DNA of 64,000 nucleotides, taken from the NCBI RefSeq assembly GCF_009914755.1, contig NC_060935.1. One strand, written 5' to 3'. The notes under the pieces are model-generated. The model saw only the letters and a list, made by a program, of their open reading frames with translations. It ran no database searches and was not told the origin of the DNA. Position 1 is the first letter of the stretch. The number at the start of each line of letters is the position of its first letter. The position numbers and the translations under genes were made by a program. Positions 1-15,182 of the stretch are shown here, in pieces. The stretch is from the human T2T-CHM13v2.0 reference genome, Homo sapiens.

Positions 1-2783
1 ATCTAGTTTCTTCTTAATTTCCTGAGCAAAACCAAGTTTTCAAGAGACCTTTCCAATGACAGGCCTTTCCAACCTTTATTAGTTGATTAGACATTGGATT
101 TGGAATAAAAATATAGCTGCTTTTTAGGTTCAAACCGAAAACTCCAGTAGCCTGTCTAGGACTCTGATATTTTAGCTCATATTCAAAGACCATTCAATTA
201 AACTCTTTGGAGCCAATTTGAAACTATTTGGTGAGGACTTAATCCTTGATTTATGACAAACCTCAGGAATCAAAGAGCTTAGCCCCGCTCCAGTTCTTTT
301 CATTGGCTCTAAGTGCTATACAAAATAGAAAGAAACAGCACTTGTGACATGGGATCTAGATTTGCCTACCATGCCTGGCAGGAACAACACACTGGTGCTT
401 TGTGGAAGCCAGCTCCCTTTTTTAGTATCTTATTCCAGCCTGCAGACACAGCCACCACAACAAATATTGTTCAGTCTTTCTTCATACTAAGAGGCCAAAC
501 CAGGAGATCTATACATTAAAATTCTGCCAGTCTGAAATTGTTTTGACAAATAGTGAAAGTCTTGCTCATCTCCTCATTCCAATCTTGAACTTCAGTTGCT
601 AAGATAAAACCTGTTCCTGTGCAAGTCCATTAGTGTAACCTACAGCAGCTTGTTCTTCAATGCTTTGCTGCTTCTCACTAAGGACCGGGAAGCCTAGTTT
701 CCCAATAAAACTATCTCTGCATCTGTAAAAACTGGACACAATTAGCAGCTGTTAGTTCTCACAGTGGGTGGTCTTGTACCATCTATGCCTAAGGCCTAAA
801 ACTAAAACCACCAATGTAGGTCATATCTGTCATCTTGAAAAATCTGTGCTGTGTTGCTACCAAAATGCCAGTTTCTCGAGGCTGCAGACTAAGGTCCAAG
901 TTGGTGAGTTTTCATTTCTTTCCTCCTGAATTGGGATTGATTGAGAGTTAGGACAGCTAGAACGATGCTAAAATGTGAAAAATGCCAGCTGTATGACTGT
1001 TAAAGCTGAATAGAGGTATGCTTAGATATGTAGACACAGTGAACTTTCTCATGCTTCACCCTAAAGTTTTGAGCCTAACCTACTTGTCCTTAGCACCAGA
1101 GGATAGCCTCCTGCTTTTCTAAAAGGCAGATCCCACGGAAGTGCGTTGACTTCCAAGATGAACACCTTCTCAGAAGAAAAGCAGATACAAAGGGAAGAGC
1201 CAGAGGAGGCTAAACGAAGCTTGCTTAGTTCTTGCTCCAAATTCACCGATCAGATAAGTTGCATCTTCTTTAGGGAAGAACTGGGGAGTAGGAGGAAGTA
1301 AAGAGGGGCCAGGAATATTCTCACAATGTTCTCTCCTATGGCATGTATCTCTCACATGTATAGAAACCAGTCTTTAGGAAATACAACTTTTTTCCTCCAA
1401 CAAACATCTCTTAATATTGTGACAGTAAAATGAAAAATATTAGCAGGGAATAATTTTTCCTCTTGTAACTCCCCTTCCCAATTTTGGGCCTGTTTTCAAG
1501 GTAAGTAAAGTAAAACCACCAGTTTCTGCACTTATTCTTCCCCTCCTGAAGATTAGTCAGACTCCTGGTTGCTGAGTGTTTAGGAACAAACTGGATTTAA
1601 AGCTAAGCTTCAAGAATTGGCTGGGATTCTTCCTTTCTCTACCTTTGTCTGACTGTTCTACATTCTCATTCTCCTCTCCTCCATGGAATGGGCTCTTAGT
1701 TTGAAGTGAGTTCCATTTTGTTGGAGTGTAATTGTAGGTACCGTTGGCTGCATCTAAATCACATTCTTCAACACTTGACTGGCCATGAAGGTGGTATTTT
1801 CATCTTCATCTGTGATTTCCATGCATCTGTCTCTCAATTGCTGCTGAAGGTGAGGAAAAGAGGGGTTATAGTTTATCGGAACCCTTAAGCCTCAACAATA
1901 ATAGAAAGAAAATATGTAGCATTGCTTGGCACAGGGCAGGCAATTAATACATCTGAGTTATCTCACATTTTAAGGTGAAACATCTACTATACAGATTCAC
2001 AGGCCACTTTTTCTTCTAGAGCCCCCTAACATATGATTTAAAGATTACTCAATTCTATGAAAATCAAGGAATTTTCTACTTCTGTTGTATTTAATTTCTT
2101 CAGGCTAAAATAACACATAAATTATCTTCTGACAAACTCCTTGAGTGTTCTTTTTCATAGCTCTCTGTACATCTACATAATCTGGGCCTGACTGATGATA
2201 AGCTTGGTGTCAATTCTCACCTCTCCAAACAGGCCTTGATGAAAGAGAATGAAGAATAACTGGACAGTATGGGTGCACTTAATTTCTGTGAGTCCAAAGG
2301 CAATTAATGGAACCATGGACACACCAAACAAGGGGGATGTTTGTTATAAAATGGGTCAAATTTGTTTTCTATTATGAGTCTGCATTGTGTAAGCTGGGGC
2401 TGTTGTTACTTCTGTATTCTTTTTAGAAAGCTCCTCTTGTTCCTGCTGTGATGAAACAGGAATGTCTGTTTTTTTTTTCCTGAAAACAGATGGCCTTTCA
2501 GCCAAGAGATATAACACAATGTACATCTCAATTGCTGTTTTCCCAATATGCAGCCTCCATCCTTCCCTGGACAATCCCAGACCATTCTTTAATAACACCC
2601 TTCATGTATAAGATGAGTCATTGTATGGAAACTCTGCTTCTGAATACGGCTGAACAAGAGGAAATAGCTCTAAATTATGCCAAATCTATGCAGGTTAGAC
2701 ATTAATAAGAACTCTCAAATAATAAAATGCTTATGGAACATGGATAAATGTTATAACAGTATAGGACTATCCGGGTTACTTTC

Positions 2784-2849
2784 AGAAGTGAATTGGAGAA
2801 AATTTTAGAAGTGAATTGAAGAAAATTTTAGAAATGAATTGAAGAAAAT
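2784..2849. repeat. 23-bp tandem repeat, about 2.9 copies (AGAAGTGAATTG(G/A)AGAAAATTTT)
   Basis: Units start at 2784, 2807 and 2830, with 1-2 differences between units. Confidence 0.9.
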
Positions 2850-4609
2850 ACAGAAGAAAATAACTGTATAGAAGAGTGTTAGTCCTGAACGGGGCAACTA
2901 TCTGGCCTACGTGTCTCCATCCCCCAGTTCCCTAATCATGATAGACTTCACTAATTGATCTTGGAACTTCCGCTTTGCTCAGGCATGGCGACAGGATTAC
3001 TCTCAATGTGTACTTCAATCAGACATTACCAATACATCAGAGTAGGCACATGAGATGAAAACTTTGTGCCTGCAGAGAGGTCTCTGAAGACTCAGATATG
3101 GACACTGGCATTTAGTATTTTATTAACAAATATGCTTTCCTTTGATATAATAAAGCACAGTTACAAAACTCCATTGTCCTTTTAGTATAATGCATTTTAA
3201 GAAAGCTGAACTATTAATAATAAAGTTTTTAAAGATGTTAAACCCTAGGATCTCTGGACTAATGTAGTTACACATTATACCCTGGTTGGGGAAAGGGAAG
3301 AAGAAGAAAAGAAACAGGAGCAAAAATTAAAAATAAAAATAAAAACCTTCAGCAGATGGAAAAAGAATTTCTATATAATGCATAAAATATTCTCACCTGC
3401 TGCCCTTTTAAATATTTAGTAGAAAGGAGGTGCAACCCCTTTTGAAAGGGATTTTAGAGAAAAATGCAAAGAAACAGATGAGAGGTGATTTCAATTAGAC
3501 ATATACTAATCATTGATTATCATGACTAAGAATAAGTATAAACTTAATAAAACTTAACAGAGAGAATGCAAAATTCACTGACATAATTTTAGGAGATATC
3601 CCAGTTTAAATTGGCACTACTCTAGAGAGAATACTGGAATGGGTACATTGACTTTCTAGTTTTATTCTCTTCCAAAGTAATCACAAACTAAACAGGATTC
3701 ATGGCATCATATAGCCAAACAATAGTTGCTTGCAAGTTAGCTCACTTCTTTCATCCCTGACAAGTTCTAAGATTATAAGCCACTGGAATACAGAGATCCT
3801 AGTTAAAGTAATCAGAAAACATAAATCTAAAGATTTTCATACATGGAACACACGGGTCAAGGAGGCATGAAACAAAGTGGCCAGCCTTCGTGTTATTATT
3901 GTCCCATAGCTTCAAAGCTGAAACACCTGTGAAAAAAATGGTGAATGAAGAAAAATATTGATGTGCAATTTTTTGCATAGATTAGTGAAACAGACCTAAA
4001 GACTGACCACATTTAAGGTACATAAACCATTGTATTACATTCCCACACATTTTGTCCTATGTTTTAGTTTCTATTACAAAAACCCGTATTCATGCTTACA
4101 CATGCATGTAGCTCTCCGTAGTTTTCTAATAGTATCACATATTGTAAGTCCCATGAGTTTTGAGTCACGAAAACATGGTTTGGAGGCCAATTTTGTCATG
4201 TTTTTGGTGTGTGATTTTTGGAAAATTAACTAAGTTTTATGTATCTTACTCAGAAGTTTTTTATGACAATTATATTCCACACTCTTATGAAAATGCTTAG
4301 TGGATAATTAAGTAGTGATTTAAGAAAATTATTTCCACTGCTGTATAGTAAAAAAAAAAATTAAAAATCCAGATCAAGTAAATTGACTCAATTTCATTGG
4401 TAGTTTTTATTTAATTTTTTTAATACAGTTACCAAATCAGTGAGTGGCTGTCCATAACTCAAAGTTTCAGCTGGTGACAGCCACTGGCAGTTAAGAGCAT
4501 CTCTACAAAAAGAAAAAAAAAAAAAAAAAGACACTGTGATGACTTTCAGATTGACCTTGGGTAAGGCAATAAGGAATTTATTTGCCAGTACCTGTTAATG
4601 GTATTAGCA

Positions 4610-4866
4610 GTACATCACAGTGAATGAGAGCAGAGATTAGGAAGCTAGAGAGCCTGAGTTCAAATCTGAGCTCTCCCACTTACTAGATATGCAACTTTGA
4701 ACGATTTACTTAACTGCTCTGTGAAATAAATTTCTTATATGCAAAATGGAAGAAATTATAAATTTCTGCCTTTTAGGGATGTTCTGAGGAATAAATAATT
4801 TAATGAATGAAAGTCCTCAGGGCTTGTCTGACATGAAGTTAACACCATGTTAGCTTCTAATATTAT
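4610..4866 (+). mobile_element. MIR SINE
   Basis: CCTGAGTTCAAATC...CCACTTACTAG...TTACTTAAC...TGCAAAATGG matches the MIR core. Confidence 0.75.
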
Positions 4867-6338
4867 GTCTACCTAGTTGGTTTATCTGAGCATATAAAAT
4901 TCATTCAGGGTAAATACAGTCCCTTCCTTACCATAAAATGTGCTGTACAATTCCCTGGCAATGGATGTACTCAGTAGATTATGACAAGTAGAAGGTTAAG
5001 TTCCCTGTTATTTATTTTCATATAAATAGGAATATCTGTATTCGAGGCAGACATAACACTTTTTCTTCTCCAAAGAAAAGGCCAAATTTCTGTGTTTTGA
5101 TAGAAAAAGAAGAGAAAGAGATTGAAATTCTGGCAAATGAACCTGGAATGTAAATCCTTATCTCTCACTTAATTACATTATTCATAGGTATGTAGATGTG
5201 ATCTTGCTTTCCTATTGCCTGACCACACAGTCTCAGCCTCTCAGTCTCTTTCTGACTCTTCCCACAGTCATGAATAGCATATTTTGTTGCAGCTGCACCC
5301 ATATAAAAGGAATTTCATCCTGATTAGATATTGAACAATAAGGTGGTCAGACCTACATGCCAGTGACAGAGGACTGAGTCAGTAGAAAATCTCAGCAACA
5401 AGGAATTGTCCCCAGAAGCCTCTCCATTCCAAAAACTGACAGAGACATTTGTAAACCTGCCCAAAGATTATAAGTTGAGAACCCAAAGAAATTACTGTAA
5501 TTTGAATATATAAATATCATTAATATATAACAATGATTTATATCATTAAGAAATTCAGGAAGCTAAGTTTGTTATAAATAATACTGGGTTTCTGAGACCT
5601 GCTTTTGCCATGAGACAGAAAAAATTGAGCTCACTGCTCATTGGTCAAACAAGCATAAAATAAATTACTGAAACCTGAGGATTTCAGGTGTTAGGTTATG
5701 CAAAATGAGGACTTGTGACTAAGCACAATTGTGTTTTCCCTCCCCAAAGTGCTTGGCAATCCTGACCTATAAATCTCTCTAATAGCCCCTGGAGGGAGAT
5801 TGTGGCATTATCCCATTTTATGGGTCAGGACTCTATAAAATGCAGGCCTGTGAATCTGCCCAAGGCTAGAGAAAAATTTGTTTTAGAGTTTTTCATAAGG
5901 CTTAAGCGGTTGTGCTGAAGTAGAAAGAAAGGTGGACTTGGAGCCTGTTTATGTTACAAACTTGGTTAAATCTCTTAATTCAGTTTTAGCCCCAGTTTCT
6001 TCAACTGATACATAGTTTGTGTATTTTAATCCTGTCTCCAAGGGAATGCTTCACCATTGAGAACAGAGGAGCCATAAGATTGATTGACCATGTCTAAAAT
6101 TGCAGCTAGTTTTGCTCCTGATAATTTAAATTATTCCACATTCTCGACTTCATAGTCATACCTTTCATCTCCCTTACCAACTACTCTTGTTCATGCCTGG
6201 GCTATCAGTCTATTAACTCATTGCTGTCCTGCCTGCAAACTTTCAGTGGCTCACAAAACCAATTTTTACATTCATTGAACCAGGACTTTTATGTTCTCTA
6301 CTGTGTGGCATAAAAAGATTATAACAGCAACATGCACA

Positions 6339-6655
6339 TTGATTGATTGATTCATTCATTTTTTCAAGCAATAATTATTTCTTCATGTTCCAGCCACTTT
6401 CTGGGCACTGGAGATTCAACAGCGAACAAAGCAGACAAAATTCCCTGCCCTCGTGGAGCTATGTCCTGGTTGGGGCAGACAAATGGTATATAAAATGAAT
6501 AAAATATATAGCAGGGTAGACAGTAAAATGATTAAGGAGAAATGTAAAAACAAATAGAAAAGAGATATATGAGGTCATGTAAAGATTGTTAATATTTTAG
6601 ACAAGTTAGCCACAGGTGACCTCAAGAAGCAGGTAGCATTTTAGCAAAGACCTAA
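6339..6655 (-). mobile_element. L2 LINE 3' fragment
   Basis: ATTCATTCATT...GGGCACTGGAGATTCAACAGCGAACAAAGCAGAC...CCCTGCCCTCGTGGAGCT is the reverse complement of the L2 3' end. Confidence 0.75.
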
Positions 6656-6699
6656 GGTAAGGTAAATAGGTTGCTATTTTGTATCATGAACTTAAAATA

Positions 6700-6768
6700 C
6701 CAAACAACCCTGTGAAGTCAGTATTATTTTCCTATTTTACAGTTAAGGAAACTGAGTCTAGTAAAGTC
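6700..6768 (-). mobile_element. MIR fragment interrupted by MER53
   Basis: AACAACCCTGTGAAG...CCTATTTTACAGTTAAGGAAACTGAG. Confidence 0.65.
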
Positions 6769-6935
6769 TAAGGTTGCCAGACTTATCACATAATAGTATA
6801 GGATTCCTAGGTAAATTTGAATTTATAGATTATATCCCATTCAACATTTGGGACATTTATACTAAGTTTTAAAAAAAAGTGTTTATCTGAAATTCAAATT
6901 CAACTGGGAGTCACTTCTTTTACCTGGCAAGCTTA
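6769..6935. mobile_element. MER53 hAT-type MITE, internally deleted
   Basis: Termini TAAGGTTGCCAG / CTGGCAAGCTTA; internal AAATTTGAATTT...TTGGGACAT...TTTATCTGAAATTCAAATT; 8-bp TSD GTAAAGTC (6761-6768) / GTTAAGTC (6936-6943). Confidence 0.8.
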
Positions 6936-8657
6936 GTTAAGTCTAGTGTTAACTTAGTCTAGCTCAACTAATACAAGTTAAGCCTAATTTATATAGCTCA
7001 TCACTTATGAGGCTACTAAATTAACTTGGTGTTAACTCTAAAGCCTACACACACGTCCATGCTCTCACAAAGCTGATGATTAATCAAGGAAACACATTTA
7101 TCATGAAAAGACAAATTGTCCTATAAGGAGATGTTCATTGCAGATTTGGAAGCTATATGACCACAGTGCACTGTGTGTGTTTTGAGGAGTGGGGTAGAAG
7201 GGAAAGATCTTGAGGATGCTATTGAGAATACACATGGCAAAGACCAAATGCACAGAGGTGTAGATGACAAGTGTTTCCATGTATTCAGACATAGGGAGCA
7301 TAGAGAGGTGCAGTTTGAGCAGACACTTAAAAGGCAGAATAGGCTCAATTTGTAGTCTTCAAATACCCTGATAAAAGCATGGAATTGCACCCTGAGGACA
7401 AGTTATAATCACTTAGGTCTTTGAGCAGAGAAATTTTCTATTTTTAAGAAATCTTTGAAATAGTATGATAACTGAATCACCTTTATTAAAAATAGATTGA
7501 GCAGCTACTACCAAACATTTTTTTTAGTGTCAGATTCCTTTCTGTAAGATAATGAAATCACTCTACCTTTCTCTTGGGGATTTTATTATTATTATGATTT
7601 TAATAAAGTGCCATGACCTTCTTTTAAATACCCAGTATTCTCCATTGCATTTACAAAAACAAAGTTTCATATAATGAAGTCCTCAAATGGCTTCATTTCT
7701 AAAAAATCACAGAAATGAAGCAATGGTCTTGGATTATTAAACACATGTGTCACCAGAGGTGTTACTCCATGTCTTTCCTTAATGCCATGAAAAATAAAAT
7801 GGAAAATGAACTGGAAGATTTTACAGGGTCTTTCTATCTTTCCCAATCAAGAAAAAGTAACAAATATTCAAAATAGACTTAAGCAAAACAAGGAACATTC
7901 TTTTTTTCAGTAGGAACATTTTGAAATTCATATTAAATTTGTAAGACTCTCACTAAAGTACTAAATTGAAAAGAAGCTCTAACTTCCCAGGTGCTTCATT
8001 TGTGGGGATACCTCCATTTATGAGAATTGTACTCATGTTCTGTTGGAAGTGAATAGAGATTGATTCATGTTATCACTTTCAGAAATGCCAAGTTGAATAT
8101 TCCAGAAAATAAGAGTTTAAGAACTCCCAAGTAGATAGACTCACATTTTGAGTTGGTGTCTGACATAGCTATGAAATCAAAGGATCTAGATTCCAGTTCA
8201 TGTGAGGATTTGATGTGCAAATATATGCATTTTCTATTTTAAACAAACAGTCTAATTTAAAAATGGGCAAAAGACCATGAAGAGACATTTCATGAGGAGA
8301 ATGTACAGATGCCAAATAAGCACACAAGAAGACATTCAACAGCATTAACCATGAGAAGAATGTAAATAAAAACCACAATGAGATATCAATTCATACCTTT
8401 AAGAATGGCTGAAAAACAAAACAAAATAAACCTGACAATACAAAATTCTGGCAAGGATGTGGATAAACTATATCAGTCATACATTGTTGGCAGAAACGTA
8501 AAATGGTACCGCCTCTCTGGAACACTGATGAACGGTTTCCTTAAAAACAAATCAAACAACTACCTTAAAACTCAACAATTGCACTCCTGGGCATTATCCC
8601 AGAGATACAAACAATTATGTTCACACAATAATTATGCTGGGTGCTCACAGCAGTTTT

Positions 8658-9862
8658 TTCTTCTTTATTTTAAGTTGAGGGGTACAAGTGCAGGTTTCTT
8701 ATATAGGTAAATTGTATGTCGTGAGGGTTTAGCGTGCAGATTATTTCATCACTCATGTAAAAAGCATAGTACCTGATAGGCAGATTTTCAATCCTCATCA
8801 TCTTCCCAACCTCCACCCTCTAGTAGGCCCCAGTCTGTTTCTCCCTTCTTTGTGTCCCTATGCAGTTGATGTTTAGCTCCCACTTACAAATAAGAAGATG
8901 CACTATTTGGTTTTCTGTTCTGGTGTTAGTTTGCTTAGGGTAATGGCCTTCAGCTCCATCCATGTTGCTGCAAAGAACGTGATCATGTTCATTTTAATGA
9001 ACTGCATAGTGTTCCATGGTGTCTACGTACCACACATTTTTTTAATACCATGGCTGCATAGTATTCCATGGTGTCTATGTAGCACATTTTTAAAAAATCC
9101 AGTCTACTATTGGTAGAAATGTAGGTTGATTCCATATCTTTGCTATTGCAGATAGTGCTGCGATGAACATATGTGTGCGCATGTCTTTATGGGAGAATGA
9201 TTTATATTCCTTTGGGTATATAGCCAATAATGAGATTGCTGGATCGATTGGTAATTCTGTTTTGAGTTATTTCAGAAATTGCCAAACTGCTTTCCACATG
9301 GCTGAACTAATTTGCACTCCCACCAGCAGTGTATAAGTATTCCCTTTTCTCTGTAATCTTGTCAGCATCTGTTTTTTTTTTTTTTTTTTTTTTTTTTGAG
9401 ACGGAGTCTCACTGTCGCCCAGGCTGGAGTGCAGTGGCGAGATCTCCACTCACTGCAGGCTCCGCCCCCCGGGTTCATGCCATTCTCCACCTCAGCCTCC
9501 CCAGCAGCTGGGACTACAAGCACCTGCCACCACCCCCGGCTAATTTTTTGTATTTTTAGTAGAGATGGGGTTTCACCGTGTTAGCCAGGATGGTCTCGAT
9601 CTCCTGACCTCATGATCCACCCACCTCGGCCTCCCAAAATGCTGGGATTACAGGCGTGAGCCACCGCACCCAGCCAGCATCTGTTATTTTTAACTTTTTA
9701 ATAATAACCATTCTGACTGGTGTGAGTTGGTACTCCATTGTGCTTTTAATTTGCATTTCTCTAATGGTTACTGATATTGAGCGTTTTTTCATATGCTTGT
9801 TGGCAAATATTTTCTTCCATTCTGCAGGTTGTCTGATCACTCTGTTGATAGTTTCTTTTTTT
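8658..9862 (-). mobile_element. 5'-truncated L1PA (L1PA13-16-like) 3' end
   Basis: Poly-T, then GGGGTACAAGTGCAGG...TTTAGCTCCCACTTAC...; flanked by an 11-bp TSD ACAGCAGTTTT (8647-8657 / 9863-9873). Confidence 0.85.
9372..9675 (-). mobile_element. AluY-type SINE
   Basis: Full dimer; Y diagnostics GCTCCGCC..CGGGTTCATGCCATTCTCC and TTAGCCAGGATGGTCTCGATCTCC; TSD AGCATCTGTT (9364-9373 / 9676-9685). Confidence 0.95.
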
Positions 9863-10373
9863 ACAGCAGTTTTATACATAAATAGCCAAAAACTAGAAAA
9901 AGCTCAGATGTTTTTCAATGGTTAAAACATGGAGTGGCTGAACAAACTGTGAATGGTCATGGTTAAACAAATTGTAGTATATGCATACCATGGAATACTA
10001 CTCTGAAAGAAAAAGGAACAAACTATTGACATACCCAACAATTTAGATGAATCTCCAGATAATTATTGAATGAAAAAAGTCAATCCCAAAAGTTTATCTG
10101 CTGCAAAATTCCATTTAAATATTGTTCTTTTAAGTGACAAAATTACAAAAATTGAGAACAGATTGGTTCTAACATTAGCGTTTCATGACTAATGCTTAAG
10201 AAGTTCATCTAATTCAAAAGAACTTCTCCCTTTTAATCATTTTTTGCTTATTTTAAAAGTCAATAAGTTAGCGTCACCATCTCTTCTGTGGTAAGACAGA
10301 AGAGGTAGCGTGAGTGGAGTACAAATGTATGGGACTCAATGTCCAGGGGTATTGCTGCTTAGTTCACCTCCCA

Positions 10374-10430
10374 TGTGACACTGGGCAAGACATTTAAAAT
10401 TGCTGACTATCAGTATTCTCACTAAAAATG
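10374..10430 (+). mobile_element. MIR core fragment
   Basis: TGTGACACTGGGCAAGACATTTAA...CAGTATTCTCACTAAAAATG. Confidence 0.6.
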
Positions 10431-11388
10431 CTGAAAAATAATATGATTCAAAAGATCCGTTCTCATCCCAATATTTTATGACTCCATGAAAAAACAGATT
10501 TCTTAATAATCTTTTTCTTATATTCTCTGCAGTCAATCATTTTTCAACAAGATGTCTTTGCCAAACTCAGAGGTATAAATGTATATGAGTCTCTGTCAAA
10601 TCCTCATTTCATTTACAATTTATCTTCATATATTAGCATGATCAAAAGCTTGCATGAGATTTTGTTCATTTAATTTTCTTTAAAAAAATTTCTACCATCT
10701 TTTTTACTCTTTTTTAAACTAATCTCTAAATTAGAATTTAAAGAGAGAGAGACTGTAGAAGAGATGCTGTTTCCATTGTTAGAAATTATATTAGGGTTCC
10801 CTCAATTTGGCTCACTTTTCACTTTGAAAGTCTTGCACAAGCAACCTGGAACATTTTTCTTCACTTCCATCCACACCATGCCAATCTAAAAAACAAAAAC
10901 AAAAAAAACCAAATGCTCTTTATTTATTGCAGCTGCATTATGCTATTTGCAACATGACAACCTATTTAAAAGAAATAGAACTCGCGCCCTGTGTAGGAGT
11001 ATTTTGTTTTTACCTTTAAAAGGCTTGTAGTCAGGCAGTCAGTAAAAGAAAATCCAATCTCATTTTCATCTAGTATGCACTGCAGAAACATTACTCCGAT
11101 ATGAACCAGAGCTTGAAAATGGAGAAGCAATTGTTGTTGCTAATCAGAAACAAATATCACACAGAGACAATTGCTTTTTTTCCTGCACAAACAATATGCT
11201 TGCCGATTAAATTCATTAAATTCAGGCACACTATTGACACAATCTGATCAGAAGCTCTAAGCCACAGATGCTCAGAAATGCTGACTTGTGTCACAAAAGA
11301 AAATAGTTACTATCTACTTCCCTCTGAAGCAAGAGGAAGATGTAAAATGAAAGCAGCAGCTATTTACAAAGCACACTGTAATTGCCAG

Positions 11389-11590
11389 CATTTATTGAAC
11401 ACTTATTATGTGCCAAGCACTGTGATAAGTGTTTGACTTATTTTATTTCCTTTTTCCCCCTCAAAACAAAGATGTGTATCTGTTATGTCAATTTCTTTGA
11501 TGGCATTCAATAACATATACAAGCTCATACTATGACTAAATAACATACTATAAATAAATAACTGCGTTGGATGTCAAAGACTATATCACC
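11389..11590 (-). mobile_element. MIR SINE
   Basis: CATTTATTGAACACTTATTATGTGCCAAGCACTGTGATAAGTG. Confidence 0.6.
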
Positions 11591-11639
11591 TCTCTAAGTA
11601 CATGTGGCTTAGGACAAAACTGAGAATAGCCAGCTCATC

Positions 11640-14830
<3,191 letters not shown>

Positions 14831-15182
14831 GATAGGGAATGTGTGAAGTTTATGGAGATTTAAATGTGGGAGAAAAAGGGCAATGTAAGAAATTGGTACT
14901 TCTTACTAGTTATTCTGAGAGCCCAGAACTCCCTTTGCCTCATCACACAGTGGGGTCATGTGTTTATGATGAGTTAACTGGGTTAGGTATTCTAATTTTA
15001 ATGTGCATCTACCTTTTACACATTCTTCCCAGTTCTAACAAGTCTAAGATTTGGGGGGTATTGAAGTCCCTGTTTTTTTCTCATCTTGAATCAAGGTGAG
15101 AGGTAAGAGAGTCTAGAGATTGAAAGTTCTCCCTCCAGAAATAGGAGGGTATCTACAGATGTCTATGTGCGCAAAAAGAACG

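Larger units (their letters stand above)
8243..10170 (+). mobile_element. Old L1M (L1MC-like) 3' portion, split by a younger L1 insertion at 8658-9862
   Basis: AAAAATGGGCAAAAGAC...AAAACCACAATGAGATATCA (ORF2 C-terminal motif); resumes at 9863 with ATAGCCAAAAACTAGAAA...CCATGGAATACTACTC. Confidence 0.75.

Noticed and set aside
370-722. Ig constant-like snippets in different frames (VTLM..RFYLS; SDWQNFNV)
   Set aside because: It needs several frameshifts and stops, the cysteines are missing and the spacing is wrong. Kept only as a generic exon candidate.
2700-3070. Minus-strand LLYSYFSSV...SYT...H resembling Ig CH strands
   Set aside because: Many stops, no cysteine, and it overlaps a tandem repeat. 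Not supportable without alignment.
10336-10536. Minus-strand ORF with Ig C1-like text (DENGSF...FKCLAQCH)
   Set aside because: The 3' half is a MIR core read antisense, so the similarity is coincidental. This also cautions against the other Ig-like impressions.
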